A DNA stretch of 57,299 bases, counting the filler, from Sphacelaria rigidula (Eukaryota), in the NCBI GenBank assembly GCA_964200075.2. It is 8 parts of 8 records of this genome, joined end to end, with 100 filler letters (N's around TTAATTAATTAA, not from the genome) between each part and the next. Parts side by side here need not be neighbours in the genome. Positions count along the whole stretch, not along the records: positions 21,526 to 28,600 come from CAXNAA020016618.1; positions 28,701 to 35,775 come from CAXNAA020016619.1; positions 35,876 to 42,950 come from CAXNAA020016620.1; 5 more parts are not named here. One strand, 5' to 3'. The first letter of the stretch is position 1; each line of letters begins with the position of its first letter. The translations under genes and the position numbers were made by a program. Under the pieces are notes generated by a model, which did not search any database, had not been told where the DNA came from, and saw only the letters and a program-made list of their open reading frames with translations. Of this stretch, positions 24,501 to 36,480 are shown in pieces.

Positions 24501-26331
24501 GTACAACTCCTCCGCTGGATGATCCGCCTCCGCGACCACCCCGATTACCCTTCCCTCCTTTGTGGCGAGGACGCGCGACACTCATCTGTCCAGACTCCCC
24601 CTCAGAAGGCGTTGGGCACTTCCGTGCGATGTTACCTACCTGGCCACACTGATAGCAAGTAATATTGGCGGCGGCACTGCCTGCGGATTTCAATCTGCGG
24701 TTACGCGAGCTCGAAGACTACGGCGACGAAGTGGATGATTTTCCGAATAAATCAACTCGCCGCCATACCTGAGATTCAGCCATCACGGTATCCATAACTA
24801 AAAACGGGTTTGACTCCCAGTTTGTTTCGTGCTGTAACTGCACAAGCACGGCCTGCTTCAATTCCGCCGGTGCCAGACCATCCGCCATCGCTTTCGTGAC
24901 CACCGCAGCGGGCCCTGGGCGGAATTTCCCATCGGAGGAACAATAAACCATCTCGGCGTTGGGATTTTCCGAAAAATACGTCTCCAACTTACCCATCATG
25001 GGCTCCACCCTCTCACACATTGTCCTCCCCTTGTGGTTCATTGCGACAGCCCTCGCCACGGCCGCGGACGCCTGAGTAAGCTTTACCTCCGCGCCTGCCG
25101 CATGCCCTGCGTGCTTCTTTATCGCTGCGGCCAACTGCAGCGGCGTTATGGTATGCTTTCCCTGGAACCTTCTCGCGAAGACGCCTCGGAGGGGGTAGGC
25201 ACAAGTTGCGCCATAGAAACCACCTGATGTCTTACCGCACCCCCCCGCATTCGCATGCTCCACCCTCTTCTTGTATTCCAAGTATTTCGTGTAGAACGAA
25301 CAAGAAGCACCCTCAGAATACAAATTCCCGTAACTGGGCGATCGCAACTCTTCCCTCAGAACGACTGGGGTTACAGTCGCCTCCGCTGGCTCTATTACCG
25401 GTACCTCGGTAGTCGACAGTCTCAACTTACAATTCACACCTGCCTTCTTCGCCGCTCCACACAGCCCTGGGGTCCTATAAGCACCCGCTGCACGCAACTC
25501 CAGCAGGTCTCCAGTCTGGATCAATCACGGGCCAGCCGTCTTTGCAGCTACCTCAGCTTGAAAACTCCTCACGCGTACGTGAAGCTATATGTCCGAAGCT
25601 CTCACAAGCTGTCCAGACTCCTGCCTGCTAAAACATTTCCAGCAGTCTCCTGACGATAGCACGACTAGCACGACTAGCACGACTAGCCCTAATATCGATA
25701 TTGTGACGCCAGCAGGTTGCTTGTACTGCAGCGTCTAAATGCTGTTGAGGGGCTCCCCAGTTCCACTGGCCTCAAGGTCTCGGTTTTCAGCCTTCACAAC
25801 ACCTTATCATTCCCGGAGTAAACAGCTGCAGCCCCGTACCGTCAGGCCTGGGCTACACAGCAAGGGTCAACATCCACAGGATGCCCTTGTCCCCTGGTCA
25901 TCATCCAGGATCGACTATATACTCAACGTGACGGCGTGATTTCGTCATAGTTCTCTGAACGTATCGCCTTGTAGACGCTATATACGCTTCACACACGTTG
26001 CAACGCATCACCACCGCCTCCTCCCCCAACACGGGAGCCAAGCCGCCCCGCCGTACGCGGAGCCAAACTGAAGGATCTTCTTGTTTTCGTGGACCCGATG
26101 CTGATTCTTCTTCAGCCTTACGGGAACCAGCCTCGAGCGCTGCTCTATCCATCGGTTTTAAGGAACAACCCGTGTAGTTCTCATCGCCCCCTCCCAGCTC
26201 CGATTCCGATCATGGCTCGGATTCTCGTACCCTTCCGACCCTCCCTCATCATCCCATCCGTGATTACCCCTCACAGACACGCTCTGTGCCCCAACCCTCA
26301 ACGACCCCGGTGGCACCCGTCGAACGTCACA
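21526..26331 (-). mobile_element. Ty3/gypsy LTR retrotransposon, defective (RT core deleted), 3' end cut by the contig end
   Basis: gag-like ORF 25524-24718; zinc knuckle CYQCGQVGNIARKC (24693-24478); pol 24399-22045 with protease region, RT N-terminus, RNase H (FPDAFECHWG...IFTDHRNL), integrase (H..G...CLHC, VHFDFL, IMDDLS), continuing 22067-21837 (WVSD...NGTCER). Candidate 5' LTR TGTGACG(26331)...CGTCACG(25927) is uncertain. Confidence 0.92.
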
Positions 26332-27291
26332 CCCCTTCGGACACACTCGCCAATACTGGTTCTTCCCCGACACAGTCCGTGTCCCAACCCCCCCACGACG
26401 CCGCTGGCACCCGTCGTGGAACACATGCCATCGGACGCAGCCGTCGGCACTGGATTACCCTTGACACACCCTGTGTCCCACCCTCCAACCACGCTGGTGT
26501 TACCCGTGGCCCCAACCCCACCCCTTGCCTCTACTGCCGGCGCGGTTCTCGTCACACAAGCTTCAGCCCAAGACCGTTCCGTCGTGCAGGTGGCACCCAC
26601 GACTGGACCCCCAACTGCTGGCACTGCTAGCCGTGCTACCCCGCCGGTGCACACGTTGTCCACATCCGCCGCTGTTTTTCCTGCCCCGGCTGATCATGAT
26701 TGTTGACAAATTGTTTGACTTCTGCTTTGCACACCTCAGGACACCCGTCTCCGGCCCCCGTGGCTGCTTCTGGCATATATCTCGAATCAGCAGACGTTAG
26801 TGTCGCCACAGCACTGCGAGTTGTATGCAATACCTTGCTCCGCTCTCCTTCGGCTTTCGCCGAATTGCAAGCAGCCCCCAGTGCCCACACCAGTCAAACC
26901 GTGCCCACCGGCACCGAACCTCGGCTTTCACTTACACCACCACGGCCGCCTTCCCCCCGGCACACCAACACTAGTTCCACCCAGTCAGTGCATAACCCCG
27001 ATGGCACCTCGAGAGGAACTTCTTGTTCCCCCCGCCGTTCCATCGCAGCACAGAGTTCTTCGCGTAGACGCTTTCCACGCCATAATGTTTAGAGATATCT
27101 TCTCTGATCTCCCCTCAGCACCGGCGTTTTCAATCGCATCTTTTAGTGACCACTCGTCTCACGTTTTCCAACGTTATCGTCGACGCGTCCGATCTATTCG
27201 TGATACATCAACACACGCGGACGCTGCACTTGTTCGTTCCTTGCAACGCTAACTTGCAGATATCCAACGTCAACTTCGATTGCCTGCGACG

Positions 27292-28186
27292 ATGTCCGAC
27301 GACAAGATCTCCGTCACAGCTGCAGCCGCCGCCCCTTCATCTTCAGCGACTGCACGAGCCCCTTCCCCCCGCGCCACTATTCAGACAAACTCCGGCGCCA
27401 TCCGCAACGCCCGCCCCGCCCCCGCTGCTCCTTCCCTGACTGTACCCACGGACATCGACACCGATAGTGGCGGCCACCACCGTCCCGCGGGTTTCTCTCC
27501 TACTCCGCCCCCTCCTTCGGCTCCGACGACCCAACCTTCTCCTCCGACGATCCAACCCCCCAACCTTGCTCCACCCCCCTCATCGACCCCTCAATCACCT
27601 CAAGACCTGCCTCAACCGGGTCCCGAACACTACCCTTTTGGGCTCCTTCCCCGCCTCTTCATGAATCAAGACCGCGCGGGTCAACAACGCCTCATTGACG
27701 AGCATGTGCTCCATGCCCGGAACCTTACTTCGGACTTCGCCGCACGCCAGCGGGCGGCCGACGAGGCCGCCGCCGCCCTTCTCATCGATGAACACAAGAG
27801 AACTCTCCGTGAGCTGGAGCAACAGAGAGCAAAGGCCGCGCTAGTCATACGGCCGCCTTGCGCTCGCTCGCAGAACTACGGAATGCTCAGCGAGACACTG
27901 CCAGGAAGTTCGCCGCCGCCGAGAAAAGCAAACAACGGAAATCCAATCAACTGCAGGACCTCGATTCTCGCCTGTTCACTCGCCGACAATCCCAACCTAC
28001 GGCGACCACACTACGACGATCATCACCTCCCCCCCGGACCACTGGTACCCCCGCCCAGTCTTCCCCCCACGCTGCCGCCCAGCCACCTCCCTCCCAACTC
28101 CCGCCAGCGACACCCTCAACTGACCAACAGCCGTCTCACGTTGCCGACGCCGCCCATGGCAGCGACAGTCCTTCACCCCCCCCTCT
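27292..28186 (+). other. Pro/Ala-rich ORF with a predicted coiled-coil segment, probably gag/ORF1 of an unidentified decayed element
   Basis: MSDDKISVTAAAAAP...FAARQRAADEAAAALLIDEHKRTLRELEQQRAKAAL; intronless, apparent frameshift near 27850, interrupted by a SINE at 28187; no recognisable domain. Confidence 0.35.
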
Positions 28187-28600
28187 CCCCCAACCCTGTT
28201 GTAGGGGCGGACCCCCAATGGGCTTGGCTTCGGTTGGCGATGACGCTACAAAACACACCACTCACCACGTAAGCTAGGCAACCAGGTGCTCCGTCTCGAA
28301 AGGGATGCGTGGTCAGTGGTCAAACGACTAAGGCAAGCAACAAATGAGTACCCCCAACCCTGTTGTAGGGGCGGACCCCCGACGGGGTTGGCGTCGGTTG
28401 GCAATGACGCTGTAAAACACACCACTCACCACGTAAGCTGGGCAACCAGGTTACCGCTTTTGTTTTGCGCTCCGGCGTTTTTGTTTTGCGGTAACCACGA
28501 TGATAGTCGAGCTAGATCATGCGGTGCGGCGTGAGAGATCCTCAACTCCGCACAATGGGAATGATTGTTCCACGTAGTGTTTAAATGGTGAGGCACCCAT
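28187..28600 (+). mobile_element. SINE-like family B 5' part, with a ~63-nt LINE tail inserted between ~101-bp direct repeats
   Basis: 28187-28287 is repeated at 28351-28451 (about 8 differences), flanking the LINE 3'-end piece 28288-28350. Confidence 0.85.
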
Positions 28601-28829
28601 NNNNNNNNNNNNNNNNNNNNNNNNNNNNNNNNNNNNNNNNNNNNTTAATTAATTAANNNNNNNNNNNNNNNNNNNNNNNNNNNNNNNNNNNNNNNNNNNN
28701 AAAAAAGAGGTAAAAAAGACACCTTCCACAAAAACCCCCCCCCCCAAAAAAAAAAAAGCCCCCCCCCCCCCCCAAAAAAAAAAACAGCCCAAAAATGTCA
28801 CGGAAAAAAAAGACAGACAGCGCCTGATA

Positions 28830-31800
28830 TTTGGGTTCAGGCTGCATCAAGCGCCTCATATGGGCGACAGTGATGAGAACGAACCCAAGCGTGGGAATTC
28901 CCAGCTGCTTGTTGTGCTCGGCTTATTCCACATTTCGATTTCCGTGGAGATTTTGCCTCCCCAGACCGGGCACTTTTGGGGGGGGGGGCTATCGGAGAAA
29001 GTGCCAAAGTGTGGGGGAATCGTTGGCTAAGCTTTAGGCAGCGGAGGTCTAATCTGGAGCATTCGTGGAGTAGCGACCCATGGTGAGCCATACACGGAGC
29101 GGGAGGAAGTGATGGTGGACGAGACATCTCTATGTGTGAGTATGGCCTGGTGTTATGCAAGCTGTCCTTGAACCGTTACACGGTGAAAATGACCTCCCTG
29201 GAGGAAAGTAACCAGTACAGCAATGGGGCAAGAAGATAGAAGATACGATCGTGGGACGCCTGGGTGGTTTACCATGAAGATAGCCTGACACAAACATGGG
29301 GTACTTGTGTCAAGGGAATTAAGCTTGGCTTCAGGCTAGGAACCCGTGTTGGAGGTACTATTTAGTGTCGGTGAGCCAGGAAAGGGACTGAAAGGCACCA
29401 GATTCCCTACAAGTACTAGGACCGGGATATCCCAGTACCTTGACTTCATCCCACTTCGAAAGTTCAACCAAACAAGCTGGAGATACCCTCGAAAGAGATC
29501 GAGAGAGAGACGGTAAGTAAGGGTGGGTGGAAAAGTAAAGAGTGGACAGGTAAATGTAGATAGGGATAAAAGGGATAAGGGGAGACGGGCAGGAGAGACA
29601 GACAGGGGGATAGCCACACTACGGGCATAGAACGGTAAAATGGTTTGTAGGTCGAGGGGGAAAAGGCGAGTAGTAGCAGAACACTACAGAGCACTAGGGA
29701 CACCACCAACTAACTAGAGGTTCGACGCGAAATTCGAGGAAGAGATCAACGCGTGGGCAGAGGTAAATATAGAGGCATTCAAACCGGAGAAACGTGTCTC
29801 AACAGAATTGCAGAGAGAGTTCACAAAAGAGGAAGTGAAGGAGTGCGTAGCTCAACTCAAGAAAGAAGGGCAGCAGGGGCACACGGAATATTGGATGTAT
29901 TTCGAAAATACGTGGGAGAGGGAATGATTTTCACGATGGTTACGCTGTGTATTTGGATCTTGGACGACGACTACATACCCAAGAGGTGAAGAGAAGGAGT
30001 AGTAGTCGACCTTTTCAAGAAAGGAAACAAGGCTGACCCAGGGAGTTATGGAGGGATGGCGCTCATAAGCATCGTAGGAAGGAAATCCTGTAAGATTCCG
30101 AACGATAGAGTGGGAACGATGCTAGAGGAAGAAGAAAACGTCAGCGAGGGGCAAGCAGGTTTTCGGCTGAAACGTAGCTGCGGAGACCATGCGTACACAT
30201 TAGGTAAGATTATCCAAGGTAGGAAAGACGCCAGGTTGACAACGTGCGGTTTCTTTCTAGACGTAAAAAAGGCCTATGGCATAGTATAGAGAAAGGGGCT
30301 GTGGAAAAAGTCGTGGGGAACTGCGATCAGAGGGAAAATGTAGAGAATGGTGAAGAAGATGACAGAATGCGCCAAACGTGCCATGATTCTAGACGGGTAA
30401 ATATCGAAATATTTTTATGTATCACAAGGAGTTGCACAAGGATGTACGTTATCACCCACTTTATTCAAAGTATCTGTCGATGACCTGATAATAGCAATAG
30501 AGGCAGCGAAGCAAGGAGTCAGGGTGGGGCAACATACGGTATCGAGATTGACGTCCGCGGATGATTTCGTGGGGATATCAGAAACAACAGAAGAACTGCT
30601 GAAGCAGATAGAGAAGGCGCTAGAGTACACTAGGAAATAGAGAGTGGCAGCCCATGTGAAAAAAAATGCGCGGTACTTGCATGTAACGAAGATAGAGAAA
30701 AATCGATGGAGTTCAAATGGAAGCGCGGAAAAGAGGAATTGCCGATCGTAGAGCAACATACATACCTTGGCGTAGAGACCTCAGAAGACTGTTCTTGGAA
30801 TGCACAAATTGATTGATTGATCAATTGTGACACTTTAACTGATCCTCTAGGGGATCTAGCCGCGGGCGCATGATAGACGTGCCCAATAAAACCAAAACCG
30901 AAACACTCGCTGAAGAAAAAAAAAACAGCAAAAATTCGAACAGAACGACATCGTGGACTAAGACGTGAAAAAAAAATCATGGATGAAGTAATAGAAAAGG
31001 GTAAGGCACAGATAGGCAGGATAGACGTGATCGTACGATATTCGCACCTAGATACTAGGATTAACAGATGTATTCTGATGAATGTGATCGTACCGAAGCT
31101 AGAACATGCAGGAGGAGTATGGGAGGGGAACGCGAAGTTGGGGAACATTTTGAAAACAGCGCAGATGACAGCAGCTAAGAAAATACTTGGATGTTTGAAA
31201 ATGACGGGTGATACAGCACTGGGAGCAGAGTTGGGATTGTACCCACTTGAAGCAAATAGAGACACGAAAAAAATTGAAATAGAAACATAGCGTACAGAAC
31301 ATGCAGAGGAAGAGATTGCCAGCCATAATTGATAGGACCGTATGGAAGAAAGTGGCGAAAGGGCAGGCTGGAATAAGGTGGGATAGGGTAGTCGAGAAAG
31401 CATGGAAGGAGATAGGAGGAAACAAAGGCGAGATACTGTTTATAGGTGATTGCGAGGGGTACAAGGCAAAAGCAAGAGGCATGATGAAAATAAGGGGGGG
31501 GGGAATCGCTGAGACGGAAAGTAGACGGAGAAGAACACCTGAAGATTTGCGGGGAGATGAGAGAGTGGGTGGGGATGAAAGCATATCTGCATGGCCCAAT
31601 GGACTCCGCGAGAAAATTCAAGCTGAGATTTCGGGTGGGGGAGGTGGACCTGCTAGAAAGATGAAAGAGGTGTACCAGTAATCGAGAGGAGGAGGAAGCA
31701 GATGCACAGAAATTTCCCCTGTGGCAAAGCAATTGACAGCAAAACTCATATAATGGTAGAAAGTGTTGGCGGGAGACATGTGGCAAGTAAATGGAGGTGA

Positions 31801-32055
31801 CACGACATCGTTTGACGCACTACAGTGGACAGTAGGGAGAAAACGATGGCTATACTAAAGGAGATGGATGGTGGCCACAGGCGGCGAATCAGGAAGGGGG
31901 TGAGATATGTAGAAGTTTCTTGTGTAATGTATGGAAGAAGCGTGATGAGCCCCGAAATGTTGGAGGTGCTTGCATTAGGAGTAGGAACGGTTTTCCGTCT
32001 CGCAAGGGACGCGAGGTCAACGGTCAAACGACTAAAGCAAGCAACAAATGAGTAA
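28830..32055 (+). mobile_element. Decayed APE-type non-LTR retrotransposon (LINE), antisense in a kinase intron
   Basis: Endonuclease remnants (GDF, GNR) then RT motifs LFKKGNKADPGSY, SEGQAGFR, FLDVKKAY, QGVAQGCTLSPTLF, SADDFVG and YLG, with many stops and frameshifts; ends ...CAAATGAGTA. Contains insertions at ~29336-29715 and 30806-30977. Confidence 0.92.
30806..30977 (-). mobile_element. Family-C short retroposon with (CAAT)n tail nested in the LINE RT
   Basis: Interrupts the LINE frame; plus strand begins ATTGATTGATTGATC; homologous to 12468-12612. Confidence 0.75.
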
Positions 32056-32067
32056 AATCACCCCACC

Positions 32068-32637
32068 TGGTCCGGCAAGAACCGGGCGTGCTCCGTTCCG
32101 GCTTCGTAGGAACGGACCCTCTATGCGGTTGGCGCCGGTTGGCAACGACGCTGTAAAACACGCCACCCACTGCGTAAGCTAGGCAACCAGGTTACCGATT
32201 TTTTTCGCACCCTTGTGTTTTTTTGCAGTAACCATGATGGTAGCCGAGCTAGATCATGTTGTGCGGCGTGGGAAAACCTCAACTCTACACTAAGGGGATG
32301 AGTGTACTGCGTAGTGTTTGAATGGTGAGACACCCATGAGGCAGTGTATGAGCCGTGGCTGTCCTGGAAGTGCCGATACCAGAAAATAAAGCAACTCATT
32401 GAAGACTGTAATTCTAAGGCAAGATAATTCGGAGGCCTCGGGTCGAACAATCTCAGCAGGATGTAACTCACCCTTCGTGCGACTCGCCGAACACACCACG
32501 GCGCTTCGCGCTTGGCGATTGACTGCGAGCCTGGTCCGGCGACAACCCGGCGTGCCCCGTCCCGACTTTGTGGGGATGCGAGGTCAATGGTCTTGCGACT
32601 ACAGCATGCATGATCATGAGTACTCCCCCGCCCCCCC
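32068..32637 (+). mobile_element. Near-complete SINE-like family B element (~550 bp)
   Basis: Non-coding; homologous segments occur at seven places on six contigs; its last ~50 nt resemble the LINE 3' end. Confidence 0.85.
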
Positions 32638-32722
32638 TTTTCTCGTCGCCCTATCATGAGTGCACCCCCCAATCCCCCTCATTCATCCCACGCCGCCCGT
32701 CAGAACCCATAACTCCTCTCAC

Positions 32723-35625
32723 CTGCCGACGAGTGCTGCCGCCTAGCAAGTCCGTCCCCAACGGCGTTTCGAGGTCTATTTCGCCGGGTCTAGGTGTGCT
32801 GCCGCCTCTAGAGCCAGCACCCGCGTAGCGCGGACTAGCGGTCATCGGCACATGCACCTCTTCCGGGCCAAGAAAACATCCCGTTTTTGTCCTGTCTGCG
32901 TTGGTCATGTATGTCGGCGCTGCGGCTGAAGCCGGAAGACACGAGAGTCAAGGGGAGTAAAGGCGGAGAAAATAAGATGGCTCACCAGAGGCGCTCCATG
33001 GAAAGGGCGACGAGCAGTAGCATTGGAGTGGTAGATGCCCGACCGCCGTCGGATACACTCTAGTGTCGTCTGATAATATTACTCCCGAGGTCAGTGTTGC
33101 CGGTTTTTCGGAACGAAGCACAGTCGCGAGCGTGGAATACACGTCTTCATATAACTTGAGGGAAATCTTGCAATTAGCACGTCTGCCAAAGTAAACACTT
33201 TCGCACTTGGATTCGCCATGGCTGTATTTCTTCATGAGTCGAACACATCCTACTGCATCCAATAGCGTTACCACTAGATACGGACGACACATCGACGAAA
33301 GTAACGCCGTCCGTAGACGGGTAATACTCGCACGGGTGGCCTCTCGGCTCTCCAAGCCTTATCTCACCGCCACGTTCCGCCCGGTTTTCGCTCGCTTCCC
33401 GCCCTCCCTCTGCCCTCATGCTCATCTCTTTTATATTTCCTTCCTCAGATGAAAAAGCTGTGTGAAAACTCGATGACCACGGGCTTCTTTTCTGGGGAAT
33501 TTTCTGCTGCAACTGCTGCTGGGTGTTCTGGTCTATAGGGGCGTGTTGCCCCACACGCCTTTCTCCACTCTCATGATGAAGCCGACGCTTCAGCGGGGAC
33601 AACATATCGCTCGGCGGAGAAGATAAAGGCAGTGGTGGCGACAGAACGAATTGTGTCGGCGACGGCGGCGACTGACACTTGGAGCCGTCCGAAAGAAAAG
33701 CGCTTGCTCCGTTGATGTCGCCGTTAGTGTTGGCTGTGTCGTCGCCATTGATTTTCCACCTGCTGCAGTTCTTGCACTTGCGGACGCGCGCAACCACTTT
33801 CCGGGGCTCGTGCTTGTCGGACCTCCCTCCGGGGCTGCCCCAGACAACGTTATTTCCACATGCCCCCATGCCAATAATCTTATGCTCTGCAATGGTTACA
33901 TTTGTGTCTGCGCCGTGGTAACAGTCCTCTCGCGTATCTCTGTGCTGTCGATCTTCCCGCTCCCCCCTGCCGCACGCATCGCCATCTGCACCCTTACGCT
34001 GGATTTCGATCGCGCTTGAAGAAGATATCGGCGACCTCGATTGCTGGCAATACCACCCTGTCTGCCTGCTGCTCCTACTGTCTTGGCTGCCTACTTCGCC
34101 GGAGGTGTTGATGACTTTTAGGTAGCCCACCTCGTGCGCTCGACACGGTGGTCTTCTAGCACCCCTCGTTCTCGGCCCTGCTTCCTGTAGAAGAACGGCG
34201 TCCTCACTTCGACGGAAATGGCTGCCCTCGTCTTGATGATGCTGCTGCGGCCTGACGCTGTTACCGGCTTCTACAACGGAGGCAATGTTGCCCCCCCCTT
34301 CGTCGCCGCAGCACGCTTCTTGCTCTCTACCGTCATCGGTTGGAGATCTTGACGATGATGTCGAAGCAGAAAGGCTTTCCGAGTGACGATAGTCACCGGT
34401 AGGGAGGGATGATGGATTTCGGAAATGGACATGGTCATCGTCATCCCACTTGCGACCCACGAGTTGATCCCCTGACGACGGCGCAGGGCGTCTACAACTG
34501 TCGCACCACCACAACGGGAGATGTAGTCAACGGCGAGCAAAGGATATTAAGGGTGGTACAGAATATCGAGAGTAATGCTAACGGGCACGGCCATGTCTTC
34601 AGCAACAACACCCACGCGCGAACGGCATCCGAACATCATGATGAAACACTGTGTGACGGGCTCGGGGGCAGTAACAACTGAAACTTGATTATTCTGTTGG
34701 ACACACCTGAACTGTGTTAGTATTATCGCTCTTAGTATCCTTAACAAGAGTATATTATATGGTGAAATGTTTCATCTAGATGACCGCGGTTTCTACGCTG
34801 AGATTACGAACCCACGTTGGTTGGCACAGCCTCTTGCCCGGTGGCGACCGCGGAGCATGTAGTAGGAACGGATGTCTCATTAGCATCTCCACCGTGTGGC
34901 GCTGCTGGGGCTGTGCCGAGCAACACGCGGCGATGAAGGATCTTGCGTACGAAGATACTTCTCTGACGGAGTAAAGATTTGAACCATTCACCCAAGGGTG
35001 ATTGTGTTTCCGGCCGAGCGGGACGAGGCGGGGGCGGGGTGTGGACGCAAGATTGTTGCAGAAATATTAGCCCAGTAACAATTAACGTCTTGGAGAGGGG
35101 ATTCCGGACACGCACAAGATAACGAGGAACACAGACCTGCAGTATAAAAGACAACGCCCGGTGACATAAGAGGGTTTCCAGCTGACACGAGTTCTGCTCT
35201 CGCAACTAATGAGGATAATAGTGACTGACCAGAGCAACCATCGCTAGTTGTAACTGCAGGGTACGTGAGGCGTATTCCTTTACCCGATTCTATCCCTCTC
35301 GATCTACATTTACTCTTCTCCGCGACGATCCTCACATGTCCAGAGGCGGACTGTCTCCCTTGCAAATATTGAACATGGCCGCCATAGCGTTTGGGATATC
35401 TGGCCACGGCGTTTTCCCCGTGAGCATCTCGACCACCGTGCAACCCACGCTCCAGACATCCGCTAGCAACCAGTCTAGTGAGGGCTCGGCCTTGATGACC
35501 TCGGGCGCCATCCAACGGGGCGTGCCCTTGATGCCGCTCATCACGCTCTGTTGAGTGGTGCGCTTGCTCGTCCCGAAGTCGGCGAGCTTCACATCTCCGG
35601 TCTTGGATAGCAGCACATTCGCGCT
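32723..35625 (-). CDS. MAP3K/STE11-like Ser/Thr protein kinase, partial at both ends
   Basis: Exons 35625-35336 ([21 protein letters not shown]...[13 protein letters not shown]...[19 protein letters not shown]...AAMFNI), 34962-34816 (ARSFIAACC...[12 protein letters not shown]), 34497-33368 (low-complexity linker) and 32925-32723; all GT-AG and phase-compatible. The N-lobe and the stop codon were not found on this contig. Confidence 0.9.
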
Positions 35626-35712
35626 CTGTGAGTTTCATTTTCGGTCGTGAGCATTAGATGTATGGAAAGAGTTCCGGGCATTGATTCACGAGTTTTTCGG
35701 TGAAAAGGAGCC

Positions 35713-35775
35713 GGGGGGGAGGGGTGTACTCATGATCATGCATGCCATAGTCATAAGACCATTGACCTCGCATCC
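35713..35775 (-). mobile_element. SINE-like family B 3' end
   Basis: Reverse complement ends CATGATCATGAGTACACCCCTCCCCCC; cut by the spacer. Confidence 0.8.
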
Positions 35776-35875
35776 NNNNNNNNNNNNNNNNNNNNNNNNN
35801 NNNNNNNNNNNNNNNNNNNTTAATTAATTAANNNNNNNNNNNNNNNNNNNNNNNNNNNNNNNNNNNNNNNNNNNN

Positions 35876-35950
35876 TGGTGTAAGAAAAATTCCCAGATTG
35901 CTCCGGGAATCGAACCCCACAACTCAACCATCATAAGGTAACGAGGCTAG
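35876..35950 (-). mobile_element. tRNA-derived SINE, same family as 14184-14250
   Basis: Reverse complement CCTCGTTACCTTATGATGGTTGAGTTGTGGGGTTCGATTCCCGGAG. Confidence 0.7.
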
Positions 35951-36289
35951 TGGAATGGTGTACACCTCGCATATGACTGTATATTGCTTTTGAAAACCCC
36001 GTGGTGCGCAGTCTACCAAAATCACTCAACCGAGTATGCTTTTGTTTAGAGAGGTTTTTGCTTGATAGTTTTTAGAAGCACAAAATATTTCGGACGCCAT
36101 TGTAAGCCAGGTAGCTCAGTGTGCTCACTGACGCACTTCAAGACACTGGATTGGGTGCTCGAGTCCCCCTGCTGTAATTTCTTGACCATTTTTTTCTGCC
36201 AGTACTATGCCCATGCTGTAGGGAGTATATTGTATGTGCGCTGCAAAAGCTGTACAACATATTAACAGCGATGAATTCTAGACGGAGTG

Positions 36290-36480
36290 ACGAAACCCTG
36301 TGAAGCGCCCTGTGTGGCACAAAATAATGCTCTACAATCAAATCCCCGCGAGAAACCCTGCAGAATTTCCCTGAAACCCTGTGAAGCGTCCTGTGGGGCG
36401 CGAAAAACAAACTACAGCCAGATCCCCGCGAGAAACACTGTACAGTTTCCCTGAACCCTGTAGACGTGCCCCACAGGGTG
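36290..36480. repeat. ~80-bp degenerate tandem repeat (about 2.5 copies)
   Basis: GAAACCCTGTGAAGCG.CCTGTG and ATCCCCGCGAGAAAC.CTG recur. Confidence 0.7.

Noticed and set aside
28701-28830. Alternating poly-A/poly-C blocks
   Set aside because: Typical low-quality read end next to a spacer.
16629-35625. A single kinase-KAP NTPase fusion gene spanning the minus strand
   Set aside because: The two parts are on different contigs separated by two artificial spacers; shared strand and order are coincidental, and no Walker A/B exons lie between them.
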